Source: a bacterium (GTDB lineage: Bacteria > Patescibacteriota > Minisyncoccia > Phycocordibacterales > UBA2100). From it: DNA of 64,000 bases. Numbering within the stretch: position 1 is the stretch's first letter; each line of letters opens with the position of its first letter. The position numbers and the translations under genes are program-made. Shown here piece after piece: positions 1 to 9,128 of the stretch. Below the pieces are notes generated by a model that saw nothing but the letters and a program-made list of their open reading frames with translations, searched no databases and was not told where the DNA came from. The stretch spans positions 19,947 through 83,946 of the forward strand of contig JAUSGQ010000007.1 in the NCBI GenBank assembly GCA_030674455.1, given 5' to 3'.

Positions 1-1
1 G

Positions 2-331
2 CCTACCTGCCACACGGGGACAGTATCGTGTTTCGGTTACGAACTTAAGAAAAACGCGATAAAAGAATTATTTGCTGTAATAAAAGACCGAAAGGCCTCG
101 CTTCCGGAAGGCTCGTACACCACGAGCTTGTTTAAGTCTGGCGTTGACAAGATTTCTCTAAAGGTCAGCGAGGAGGCTATGGAGGTCATACACGCCGCGC
201 AAAAACAAACGAAAGAGCGCTTAACGGAAGAAACGGTGGATTTGCTTTACCACTTGTTCGTGTTACTCGTCGAGAAAGGGCTTACCCTTGAGGAAATCGA
301 AGTTGAAATGCAAAACCGCGCCAAAAAGTAG
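2..331 (+). CDS. hisIE: Bifunctional HisIE, 5'-truncated by the window edge
   Basis: Frame from nt 2 reads PTCHTGTVSCF (HisI end), then PEGSYTTSLF..KVSEEAMEV..EETVDLLYHLFV (HisE). Confidence 0.9.
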   Translation, partial: PTCHTGTVSCFGYELKKNAIKELFAVIKDRKASLPEGSYTTSLFKSGVDKISLKVSEEAMEVIHAAQKQTKERLTEETVDLLYHLFVLLVEKGLTLEEIEVEMQNRAKK

Positions 332-414
332 AGATGTTGAAGCGATGTCGTTGTTTGTATTTGCATTGAGTCCATACTGAATACCAAATACTGAATACAA
401 GATACTCAGCATCT

Positions 415-741
415 ATGTCTATGGCGTATTTGAAAATCATTGTTTACGTTCCACTTGCCAACGCTGACGCCGTGCGTAAGGCGATAGGATATGCTGGCGG
501 CGGTAAAATCGGTAATTATTCCTTCTGCAGTTTTAGCAGCAGGGGAGTCGGCAGATTTTTACCGGAGACGGGGGCGCATCCTGCGACAGGAGAGATCGGG
601 AAACTTGAACAAGTGGAAGAGGAGCGCATTGAATTCGTTTGTGAGCCGGAATTAAGGGCAAAAGTGGTTGAGGCAATAAAGCGAGCCCACCCATACGAAG
701 AACCCGCGATTGACATCTGGCCTGTAGAAATCGAGCCTTAG
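415..741 (+). CDS. Small YqfO/NIF3 PII-like-domain protein
   Basis: KIIVYVP..GGKIGNYSFCSF..G.GRF.P..GAHP..EE.RIE..HPYEEPAIDIWP motif set. Confidence 0.85.
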   Translation: MSMAYLKIIVYVPLANADAVRKAIGYAGGGKIGNYSFCSFSSRGVGRFLPETGAHPATGEIGKLEQVEEERIEFVCEPELRAKVVEAIKRAHPYEEPAIDIWPVEIEP

Positions 742-751
742 CCACTTTAAT

Positions 752-796
752 AACATTCCAACATTCTGCAGAATGTTGGAATGTTCTAGAAATGCT
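752..796. repeat. ATTC-N4-GAAT palindrome, copy 1 of direct pair with 1393-1436
   Basis: aacattccaacattc-tgca-gaatgttggaatgtt followed by agaaatgct. Confidence 0.85.
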
Positions 797-854
797 TCGG
801 CGGCTGTTGAACCATTAGCACAATGAGAGACTGGATGTCCCAACGCCATAAACA

Positions 855-883
855 AAGAGCAGGCGGGGCGACCTGCTCTTTTT
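855..883. terminator. Likely bidirectional intrinsic terminator
   Basis: aaagagcagg-cggggcga-cctgctcttttt between convergent genes. Confidence 0.7.
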
Positions 884-897
884 GGGTGTATGGGGGG

Positions 898-1281
898 TCA
901 GTCCACGACCTGAACCGCCTCCTTCATCCTTTCGTCAGTAAAGACCCCAACGCCGGTTGACTCTGATGTCTCGCGCAGACTACCGAACTCGGTCACCTCG
1001 AAGAAACCGAACGTGATCTTTCCGGTCGCTCCGTCCCAGTGGTGAGCGATTGTGTCGAAAACGGCGTACAGACCGTCACCGATGGAGGGACACTTTTCTT
1101 CTCCATCAACCAGCGCTACGACGCGATGGGGCGCATGATACTTTATGGCTCCCGTAGCTTCGCATTCCGCCAAAGAAACCACAAGACTCTTCGCCGGGAC
1201 TATTTGTACGCCCTTTTCCACGATGGTAATCCCAGCAGCTTTTAACGCACGCCGTAATTCGGCGCTGATAATTTCGGGCAT
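898..1281 (-). CDS. Orphan hypothetical protein (~127 aa)
   Basis: Open frame; GGAGG 5 nt before ATG at 1281; TTGACA upstream. Confidence 0.6.
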   Translation of the reverse strand: MPEIISAELRRALKAAGITIVEKGVQIVPAKSLVVSLAECEATGAIKYHAPHRVVALVDGEEKCPSIGDGLYAVFDTIAHHWDGATGKITFGFFEVTEFGSLRETSESTGVGVFTDERMKEAVQVVD

Positions 1282-1392
1282 AATTGCCTCCATTGATTTA
1301 GGGACGGTTTGCCAAGTGCATTCGTCTCCGCGTGGATAATGCATATATATATATCCTGTCAAGGAAAATCCGGCATACAAATTAACCCCCGT

Positions 1393-1436
1393 GACATTCC
1401 AATATTCTTGAGAATGTTGGAATGTCGAGAAATGCT
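1393..1436. repeat. ATTC-N4-GAAT palindrome, copy 2
   Basis: gacattccaatattc-ttga-gaatgttggaatgtc then gagaaatgct. Confidence 0.85.
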
Positions 1437-1545
1437 ACTGACACAACTGTCCGTAACTATTGACTCATTCTCACGAATTAGACAATAAGGAATTCTATTG
1501 ATGATTTATAACGATCTATTTTGAGCTGGTTTTTTATCGAATACC

Positions 1546-1581
1546 AACTACTTGCTTATTCGCGCGAATAAGCAAGTAGTT
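1546..1581. repeat. 36-bp perfect palindrome with ATTCGCGCGAAT core
   Basis: aactacttgcttattcgcgcgaataagcaagtagtt; near-identical copy at 2615-2650. Confidence 0.9.
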
Positions 1582-1615
1582 ACGCAACTAATCTTCCTCC
1601 CTCCATACTCCATAC

Positions 1616-1681
1616 GCGATACGACAAGTTCATCCGTATGAAGAACCGGCGATCGATATTTGGCCGATAGAGATTCTTTAA
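1616..1681 (+). pseudogene. Detached diverged copy of the 3' end of the 415-741 gene
   Basis: Reads AIRQVHPYEEPAIDIWPIEIL* versus AIKRAHPYEEPAIDIWPVEIEP*. Confidence 0.85.
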
Positions 1682-1843
1682 CAAAGAATATTTTGTCCAA
1701 TAGAATTCACACGAAGTTCAAGACCTCTTTGTTACTTTTAATTTTGATTCACCGAACGCAACAATTTGCGTGAGCGTTCTGATCTTATTTCTTTTGTTCT
1801 TTAAGGTCCATCCCCATACCCATCATCTAAAGGAGAGAAGGCC

Positions 1844-2368
1844 ATGATGCCTAGAAAGGGAATTCCGCTTCGGAAACGCGGAGGTAGCTTGTTTTTACGT
1901 AGCTACCTGCTTATAAATTCGTCCCTCTGCAGTATCAGCGGAGCGAATGAGCAGCTTGCGAAACTCTCCGAATCGTTGATTGTGATGACGACGAGTGCTG
2001 CGAATTCAGGAGCGCAGATTAAGGATTTTGAATTCCTAAATCCGATTGAAGTCGTTGTTGTTGCGAGCGCTAACGCCGATGCAGTCTTACTAACTGCAGC
2101 TCAAAGATTGGGCTGTTTTACAGTTTGTATCGGAACTCCTGACGATGAAGTCTCGGCGGATTTCATCACTCCTGATGTATTGGAGGCGTTGGACATGTTG
2201 ATGAACCCAACACAACTTAACGAACGTCTGCGCAACGGGCGCGGTAATAAGGGTTCCTTCTGGCAAACTACGATGTATTGGTGGGACTCGGTTCGCTCGT
2301 CTCGGTGGAAGTGCAAGCAAGCTGCCACTTCGCTCATCGCTAACCTCAATAAGGAAATTGTCGCCTGA
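1844..2368 (+). CDS. Orphan, possibly degenerate HAD-fold protein
   Basis: AAQRLGCFTVCIG..ADFITPDVLEAL resembles HAD C-terminus; no DxD; AAGGAG upstream; start uncertain. Confidence 0.45.
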   Translation: MMPRKGIPLRKRGGSLFLRSYLLINSSLCSISGANEQLAKLSESLIVMTTSAANSGAQIKDFEFLNPIEVVVVASANADAVLLTAAQRLGCFTVCIGTPDDEVSADFITPDVLEALDMLMNPTQLNERLRNGRGNKGSFWQTTMYWWDSVRSSRWKCKQAATSLIANLNKEIVA

Positions 2369-2614
2369 GTCCGGATTTTGCGCGTTTGGCACGGAGGCAA
2401 TGGATATCCCTCTCGCTGTTCGCAGCGCGGGGGATTTCTACACATATTCATCCGAATAATCGGGAAATTTGTGTCAACCACAGTTACAGTATCGTTCACG
2501 CGCAAGAACATTCTAGTGAATTACTGATAAACACTCAACTCCCTAGCACGTTTCGTCCACCAACTGAGTCAAGATTTCCGCTAGTGAGTTACGTGAAAGT
2601 CAGTAGACCATGCA

Positions 2615-2650
2615 AACTACTTGCTTATTCGCGCGAATGAGCAAGTAGTT
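2615..2650. repeat. Second copy of the 36-bp palindrome
   Basis: One mismatch versus 1546-1581. Confidence 0.9.
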
Positions 2651-2788
2651 GAGTATAAATAGTTGAGTATCGAATCTTTCTATATGAATACTCCATACGC
2701 GATACGCCATACTAGATACATATGCATTGCATATCTGATGGGGTATACTGAATCATTAGTAATGCCTTAAAACCTCTTGCTTCAACAT

Positions 2789-4213
2789 ATGCTTGACCTT
2801 GGAGAAAAGTGCGGCGTTTTTGGAGTTTACGGGGAAGGATTGGACGTCGCGCGTATAACTTTCTTCGGTCTATTTGCACTTCAACATAGGGGTCAGGAAA
2901 GCTCCGGTATCGCATCTTCTGATGGCAAACGCATTGAATCGCACAAGGGCATGGGGCTCGTCTCGCAGGTCTTTTCCGAAGACGACATAAAAAAACTAAC
3001 CGGCCATATCGCTATCGGGCATAACCGGTATTCAACTGCCGGTGGGTCTCATGCGGATCACGCGCAGCCGACTATCGTGGGCGATTGGAGCATAGCTCTC
3101 GCTCACAACGGCAATATTCCCAGCACAGCCGCTTTGGAGGAATTCCTTCGGGCTCGGAATATTGAAACTGACAAACTTTCTGATTCTAGAATGATAGCGC
3201 AGGCAATCGCCGTGCTTGAGGGTGAAGGAGCGACACTGGAAGACGCGATTAAGAAAGCGTACCCGCTTATGACAGGTGCGTTTTCAATTCTTATAATGTC
3301 GAAAGATAAGCTGATCGCGATTCGCGATGAGTGTGGAATTCGCCCGCTTTCAATCGCAAAGCTCAACGGCGGCTTTGTATTTTCCTCCGAGACATGCGCA
3401 TTTCAAACAGTTGGTGCGGAATTTATTCGCGATGTAAATCCGGGTGAGATGGTAGTAGTAGACGCGAGCGGTTTGCGCGGTGAACAGCTTGTTCCTGCAA
3501 ATCCGAAGTTGGACATATTTGAATTCGTTTACTTTGCTCGACCGGATAGTCATTTACTGGGGAAATCGGTCTATGATGTGAGAAGGAATTTCGGCGTACA
3601 ACTTGCCAAGGAATATCCGCTTCGCGCGGATGTGGTTATCCCCGTTCCGGAAACAGCGATTCCGGTGGCAATCGGCTACGCAAACGAGTCCGGCATTCCG
3701 CTTGAAATGGGGCTGACAAAAAATCGTTACATTCACCGCACATTTATTGAGCCCGAACAGCACATCCGCGACCAGGGGGTGCGAGCGAAGCTCACCCCCA
3801 TTGCTGAAGTTATTAAGGGCAAACGTGTTGCGGTTATCGACGATTCAATAGTGCGCGGCACTACCTCCAGAAAAATCGTCGAGATGCTTTTCGGTGCAGG
3901 CGCTTCTGAAGTGCATTTTCTCGTCTCTTCTCCGCCGATAATGTTCCCTGATTTTTACGGTATTGATACTCCAAAACAGAAGAATCTTTTGGCATCCGAT
4001 AAGTCAATTCTTGAAATGAAGTCGTACCTTGGCGCAACATCGCTTAATTTTCTCTCATACATTGGAATGATAAAAGCAACCGGAATTTCGGAAGACCAGT
4101 TTTCAACGTCGTGTTTTACCGGAGAGTATCCAATAGACATCAAAGAGCGCATGAAGGAAATTGTAGCTAAGAAAGTCTGCTATACGCCGTTTGCGGATAA
4201 ACTGTCGGATTGA
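2789..4213 (+). CDS. purF: Amidophosphoribosyltransferase
   Basis: EKCGVFG, LQHRGQES, GHNRYST, HNGN, DDSIVRGTTS PRPP loop. Confidence 0.97.
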   Translation: MLDLGEKCGVFGVYGEGLDVARITFFGLFALQHRGQESSGIASSDGKRIESHKGMGLVSQVFSEDDIKKLTGHIAIGHNRYSTAGGSHADHAQPTIVGDWSIALAHNGNIPSTAALEEFLRARNIETDKLSDSRMIAQAIAVLEGEGATLEDAIKKAYPLMTGAFSILIMSKDKLIAIRDECGIRPLSIAKLNGGFVFSSETCAFQTVGAEFIRDVNPGEMVVVDASGLRGEQLVPANPKLDIFEFVYFARPDSHLLGKSVYDVRRNFGVQLAKEYPLRADVVIPVPETAIPVAIGYANESGIPLEMGLTKNRYIHRTFIEPEQHIRDQGVRAKLTPIAEVIKGKRVAVIDDSIVRGTTSRKIVEMLFGAGASEVHFLVSSPPIMFPDFYGIDTPKQKNLLASDKSILEMKSYLGATSLNFLSYIGMIKATGISEDQFSTSCFTGEYPIDIKERMKEIVAKKVCYTPFADKLSD

Positions 4214-4268
4214 TATAGGCAACTCTGGGAAAGGACATCGCACTCTGCAGACCGCGGTCATTGAGACA

Positions 4269-4799
4269 TTAGTCCGCCATGCCATCTATATCGTCTGGCA
4301 GCAGTAGAACGCTCAAAGAACTCTCTCGCGCCAAACCAAGCGATGGGCGATCCGCGAAACCCACATACTCTACCTTCTTTCCCTTATTTAGGACGTATTT
4401 GATTGCCGGAATTAAATCTGTGTCAGAACTCACTATAACGGCGGTATCATACTCGTCCTCAACTGCCCCTATAACGAGGTCAATGGCGATTTTAACATCC
4501 ACTCCCTTTTCTCTGATTTTGTGGTCATAAACAATTCTTCCCCGCTCGATGAGGAATCCTTGAAGCTCTAGTGCGCTAAGAAATTTCTGCTGGCCTTCAA
4601 CCATCTTTTGACTTTGTTCAGTCTGATCATGGTTGCGAACTACTCCGATATAGTATCGTTTTGTCGACAAAGAACGTCCGCGAAGCAGACGGTCAATGAG
4701 TTTCGCGTAATTAAATCTCTTGCCCGGGAAAATGCCGCACTCTTTTAGTCGTTGGTACAGATTCCCGCCATCTATAAAGATAGCTACTTTCTCCGCCAT
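4269..4799 (-). CDS. NYN-domain (LabA/DUF88, PIN-like) protein
   Basis: IFIDGGN, EKGVDVKIAID, SSDTDLIP motifs; TATACT 6 nt before ATG 4799. Confidence 0.9.
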   Translation of the reverse strand: MAEKVAIFIDGGNLYQRLKECGIFPGKRFNYAKLIDRLLRGRSLSTKRYYIGVVRNHDQTEQSQKMVEGQQKFLSALELQGFLIERGRIVYDHKIREKGVDVKIAIDLVIGAVEDEYDTAVIVSSDTDLIPAIKYVLNKGKKVEYVGFADRPSLGLARESSLSVLLLPDDIDGMAD

Positions 4800-5126
4800 C
4801 TGCCCAGTATACAACCAAAACTGCCCTTGCATTTCTGCAGGGGCAGTGAGGTTAGAAACCCCATTGTACACCACTGCACAGTTAATTTCCAGTGAAGGTG
4901 CATAACCCTAAAATAACCTTGAAAAGCTGCCTGTAAGTGCAGGCTCGGAATTCTATTCAGAGCGGAGAATTTCAAGTGATAGTGATTATTATTCTGATGA
5001 GGAGTATTACTATCATGGAGATGAGCCGGATATCTATTCTCCCTAGACACCTAAAATGACATTAGAAGTCTTTATTCTGTGAATTCATCGGTGGACAACA
5101 CGCGGTTCAGCCTGTAGTCTTGTTTG

Positions 5127-6365
5127 ATGCAATATAAACCAAGCGATAGGATTCTTAAAAATTATGCGAATGTTCTGGTAAATTTTGCGCTCGGAGGAGG
5201 GAAGGGAATAAAGAAAGGAGAGGTTGTGCGCGTTTCAGCTTCCGAATCGGCGAAGCCGCTTTTTATGGCGGTTTGCAATGCGATTGTGGATGCCGGCGGA
5301 CATGTGATGTCACACTACGGTCCCGACGATGAACAGGGCGACAAGCGCCGCAACGTTTCCGTTTCGCGTTATTTTTACGAGCATGCTACCGACGAGCAGA
5401 TCAAACACTTTCCCGCAAAGTATCTTAAGGGCATCATCGATGAAATGGATCACTCGGTTTTCCTTCTTGCCGAGAAAGACCCGCACGCGCTCAAGGGCAT
5501 AGACGGAAAGAAGATTATGGCGCGCGGGCAAGCTCTCAAGCCGTTTATGGATTGGCGGCACGAGAAAGAATGGAAGGGAAAGTTTACATGGACCATTGCG
5601 CTCTACGGCACGCCAGCTATGGCCAGAGAAGCGGGCCTCTCTGAAAAAGAATACTGGCAACAAATTATCAAAGCCTGCTTTTTGGATGAAAAGGACCCTA
5701 TCGGGAAATGGAAAGCGGTATATCGCGATATAGAAAAATATCGCACTCGCCTCAACAAGTTGTCCCCTCGAATCGACAAACTTCACGCGGTCGGTGAGGA
5801 CATGGATATGTGGTACACGCTGGGAGAGAAGCGTGCGTGGCATGCAGGCTCGGGCCGCAATATACCGTCTTTCGAGATATTTACCTCGCCGGATTGGCGC
5901 GGGACCAACGGCTGGATTCGCGTCAATCAACCGCTTTATCGTTACAGCAATAAAATTACCGGCATCCAGCTGTGGTTTAAGGACGGCCTTGTCGTAAAAA
6001 GCAAAGCAAAAACTAACGAGAAACTGCTAAAGGAAATGATTGCGACGAAAGGTGCCGACAAAATCGGTGAGTATTCATTGACAGACAAACGCCACTCGCG
6101 CATTACCAAATTCATGGCGGAAACATTGTTTGATGAAAACATGGGCGGACCTTTTGGTAACTCACACATTGCGCTCGGCATGAGTTATCGCGACACGTAT
6201 GCAGGTGATGTATCGAAACTTACAGACGCGGAGGCAAAACGCTTGGGCTTCAACGACTCGTCCGTACATACTGATGTTGTTTCAACAACTGACAGAACAG
6301 TAACGGCACACCTCAAAGACGGCTCAACAAAAGTAATCTACAAAGACGGAAAGTTTGTGTTGTGA
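5127..6365 (+). CDS. Aminopeptidase, M29 (AmpS/PepS) family
   Basis: NIPSFEIFTSP, GE, LFDENMGG, HIALGMSY, NDSSVHTD. Confidence 0.9.
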   Translation: MQYKPSDRILKNYANVLVNFALGGGKGIKKGEVVRVSASESAKPLFMAVCNAIVDAGGHVMSHYGPDDEQGDKRRNVSVSRYFYEHATDEQIKHFPAKYLKGIIDEMDHSVFLLAEKDPHALKGIDGKKIMARGQALKPFMDWRHEKEWKGKFTWTIALYGTPAMAREAGLSEKEYWQQIIKACFLDEKDPIGKWKAVYRDIEKYRTRLNKLSPRIDKLHAVGEDMDMWYTLGEKRAWHAGSGRNIPSFEIFTSPDWRGTNGWIRVNQPLYRYSNKITGIQLWFKDGLVVKSKAKTNEKLLKEMIATKGADKIGEYSLTDKRHSRITKFMAETLFDENMGGPFGNSHIALGMSYRDTYAGDVSKLTDAEAKRLGFNDSSVHTDVVSTTDRTVTAHLKDGSTKVIYKDGKFVL

Positions 6366-6384
6366 TCCTATAGATTTGCAGATT

Positions 6385-6546
6385 ATGACAAAGTGGAATC
6401 AATATTCAAACAGACAAAAGCTCATAGTGATTGTTTTGCTGACGATAATTATTGGAATCGCAGTGTATATTGCTAGAAGCGATTTCCTTACTGGACCGTG
6501 TGCTGGTAAGGTGCCGATATTTGGTTGGCCACAGGGAGGTTGCTGA
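6385..6546 (+). CDS. Small single-TM hypothetical protein
   Basis: Hydrophobic LIVIVLLTIIIGIAVYIA; fills the gap between genes. Confidence 0.5.
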   Translation: MTKWNQYSNRQKLIVIVLLTIIIGIAVYIARSDFLTGPCAGKVPIFGWPQGGC

Positions 6547-6570
6547 CCGGAATCTTGTCATACCGAATAC

Positions 6571-7338
6571 ATGAAAAACTCACAGCAAGGTTTTGCGCCA
6601 TTGTTACTTCTCGCGATTATCGCACTTTTAGCAATCGGCGGCGGGGCGTATGTGTATTTGCAAAAGAAGCAAGTAAATCTGCCCGAAGTGATTAAGACGC
6701 CTGCGCAGGCAAATCCAATTCCACAAACCCTGCCCCCTCAAAACCCTGTCTCTGATGCTAACAATGTAACTGCTAATTGGGAAACGTACACAAGCACTAA
6801 AGATGGCTACTCATTTCGGTATCCTGAAGAATGGAATATAGGCGATGGAGGAATTTTTTCGAAACAAGGAGTTCCAAGTAGTAGAAATGGATTTTTTGGC
6901 GCTTTTTATGCATCTGATTTATATGTACTGATTCACTCGCCGGAAAGCGCGAATTCCACAAGGAGAGCATCACCGCAAGAGGTAATGTCTGATGACTATC
7001 CATCAAATAGAGGTGTTAAAAAAGAAGAATGGCTTCATATTAATAATATTCCGGTTTTGTATTATGATACAACAAGTGACACCATTCCCGACGGTCCGAA
7101 CGGCGATATTAGATTTGTTATATTTACTGCCGAAAAGCAATACGTTTTTGTACTTAGTCCTGGCAATAAGGTGTCCCCGACATCTTTTGTGCCGGAAGAC
7201 ACCAATACAATGAAAAAGATAATTTCGACTTTTTCATTGCTTAATTCTTTTGATAAATTTGTAGATATGACGTCGATTCCGTTGAGTACTTTCCAATTAA
7301 AAACAACACCGTACCAACCATACCAACAAACACAGTAG
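6571..7338 (+). CDS. Membrane-anchored secreted protein, prepilin-like N-terminus, PsbP-like domain
   Basis: QQGFAPLLLLAII leader; WETYT..GYSFRYPEEW; KKIISTF. Confidence 0.7.
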   Translation: MKNSQQGFAPLLLLAIIALLAIGGGAYVYLQKKQVNLPEVIKTPAQANPIPQTLPPQNPVSDANNVTANWETYTSTKDGYSFRYPEEWNIGDGGIFSKQGVPSSRNGFFGAFYASDLYVLIHSPESANSTRRASPQEVMSDDYPSNRGVKKEEWLHINNIPVLYYDTTSDTIPDGPNGDIRFVIFTAEKQYVFVLSPGNKVSPTSFVPEDTNTMKKIISTFSLLNSFDKFVDMTSIPLSTFQLKTTPYQPYQQTQ

Positions 7339-7430
7339 GTTTGTAATAAGTACGTATTTAAGACATCTAAGCCCCCAAATAATGAGGCGTTGCAATAAGT
7401 TATAATGTTGGCATGTTATACTAATTTCCC

Positions 7431-7982
7431 ATGAAATTTGAATACGCGACTGGATGGTTAAAATTCATCCTTGGATGGGTGGTTGTATTCTTATTTCGAT
7501 TGATTCCATTTCGTCCGCCTAATTTCGAGCCGATGCTCGCTACTATCATGCCGGTCTCAAAACGGTTCGGCATGCTCGGCAGTTTTCTTTTTGGTTTTTT
7601 GGGAATCGTTTTGTTTGACGCAGTCACATCCGGGTGGGGAAGTTGGACTGTGGTAACGGCAATCGCTTACGGGGTGCTCGGTATAGGTTCACAACTTTAT
7701 TTTAGAAATAGGGAAGCCACTGTTAGAAATTTCTTGAGCTTCGGCATCGTTGGAACTATTTTTTACGACGCAGTGACCGGCCTCACCATCGGCCCGATTT
7801 TCCAAGGCCAGTCGTTTATGGTCGCGCTTACGGGCCAAATACCATTCACGCTAATGCACCTCCTCGGCACAGTGGTCTTCGCGACATTTTTAAGCCCCGC
7901 ACTCTATAGGTGGGTAGTTAGGTCGGAAACCCTTGAATTGAGTGTTATTTTGCCGAAATTTGCCAAAATCGGCATTAAGTAG
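7431..7982 (+). CDS. Putative ECF transporter S-component-like membrane protein
   Basis: ~180 aa, 5-6 TM segments, RLIPF.PPNFEP motif; substrate unknown. Confidence 0.55.
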   Translation: MKFEYATGWLKFILGWVVVFLFRLIPFRPPNFEPMLATIMPVSKRFGMLGSFLFGFLGIVLFDAVTSGWGSWTVVTAIAYGVLGIGSQLYFRNREATVRNFLSFGIVGTIFYDAVTGLTIGPIFQGQSFMVALTGQIPFTLMHLLGTVVFATFLSPALYRWVVRSETLELSVILPKFAKIGIK

Positions 7983-7984
7983 TG

Positions 7985-8133
7985 TAGGACTTACGCAACA
8001 TCTGAATCGTCTTTGCGAGGCTTTGCCGAAGCAATCTAGGGTTAGAGCTGTAGATTCTGGATTGCTTCGCTCCGCTCGCAAAGACGGGAAGCTCGGTTTT
8101 ACGCTGTCTTTTGGGGTTCTTGCGTAGGTCCTA
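7985..8133. mobile_element. Nested miniature inverted-repeat elements
   Basis: Outer taggacttacgcaa/ttgcgtaggtccta; inner cgtctttgcgag..cgaagcaatc / gattgcttcg..ctcgcaaagacg (8008-8086). Confidence 0.7.
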
Positions 8134-8212
8134 TAGTATAAAAGTATTCCGTATACGGTATTCAGTATTCCGACTTCCATACTGTATACAGAATACAAAA
8201 TACTGTATACTG
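8134..8212. repeat. Heptamer-periodic foldback (GTAT/ATAC family)
   Basis: gtattcc gtatacg gtattca..atactgt atacaga atacaaa atactgt; relatives at 375-410, 50341-50422, 59730-59858. Confidence 0.7.
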
Positions 8213-8219
8213 ATAATTG

Positions 8220-9128
8220 ATGAATCATGTAACCAGAACACAACAGTTTGACAGAAGATATATAAAACGTTTATTCACTCTCGCGGACAAATTAAAAAAT
8301 GAAAGAGACGAGTCGCTGAAGGGAAAAATAATGGCTGCGCTTTTCTTTGAACCGTCAACGAGAACGCGCCTTTCTTTTTCTTCGGCAATGCTCCGCTTGG
8401 GCGGTTCGGTCATAACCATGGAAAGCGGGCAGGCGTCGTCACAATCAAAGGGCGAGACGCTTGAAGATTCAACCCGTGTTATTAGCAATTACGCTGATGT
8501 GATTGTGATGCGCCATCATGAAACCGGAGCGGCCGACAGAGCTGCCGCGGTTTCCAACGTGCCGATAATAAACGCGGGAGACGGAAATATGGGACAGCAC
8601 CCAACGCAGGCGCTTTTAGATTTATACACAATTCAGCGCGAACTAAAGCGCGAAGATGGGATACATGTGGCCATCATAGGGAATTTGCGATATTACCGTT
8701 CCGCACGGTCGCTCGCATATATTATAGGGAAATACAAGGATATGAAAATTACGTTTGTTTCTTCGCCGGAGCTTCAAATGGCCGATGACGTGAAGAAATA
8801 TCTCACGAGACATAAAGTAGCATGGGATGAAACTGAAGATATGACAGAGGTCGTCAAAAAGGCTGATGTCGTATATCAGACGCGCATTGCGAAGGAATGG
8901 ATAAAAGATGACGCATTGTATGAGAAGCAGAGAGGCCGCTATATCATTACGCGCAAAGTCGCTAATTCAATGAAAAAGGGCGCCATAATCATTCATCCGT
9001 TGCCGCGTATCGGAGAGATAACAGATGATGTCGACACTTCGCCGCATGCCGTGTATTTCCGGCAGGTCCGCTACGGCCTTCTTGTGCGCATGGCGCTTCT
9101 CAAAACTATTCTCTCTGGTCAGAAGTAG
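8220..9128 (+). CDS. pyrB: Aspartate carbamoyltransferase
   Basis: FFEPSTRTRLSF, KGETLEDS, INAGDG..HPTQALLD, HPLPR. Confidence 0.97.
   Translation: MNHVTRTQQFDRRYIKRLFTLADKLKNERDESLKGKIMAALFFEPSTRTRLSFSSAMLRLGGSVITMESGQASSQSKGETLEDSTRVISNYADVIVMRHHETGAADRAAAVSNVPIINAGDGNMGQHPTQALLDLYTIQRELKREDGIHVAIIGNLRYYRSARSLAYIIGKYKDMKITFVSSPELQMADDVKKYLTRHKVAWDETEDMTEVVKKADVVYQTRIAKEWIKDDALYEKQRGRYIITRKVANSMKKGAIIIHPLPRIGEITDDVDTSPHAVYFRQVRYGLLVRMALLKTILSGQK

Noticed and set aside
752-2650. Integron with attC sites
   Set aside because: Sites are 34-36 bp near-perfect palindromes lacking RYYYAAC/GTTRRRY boxes and extrahelical bases; no integrase in the window.
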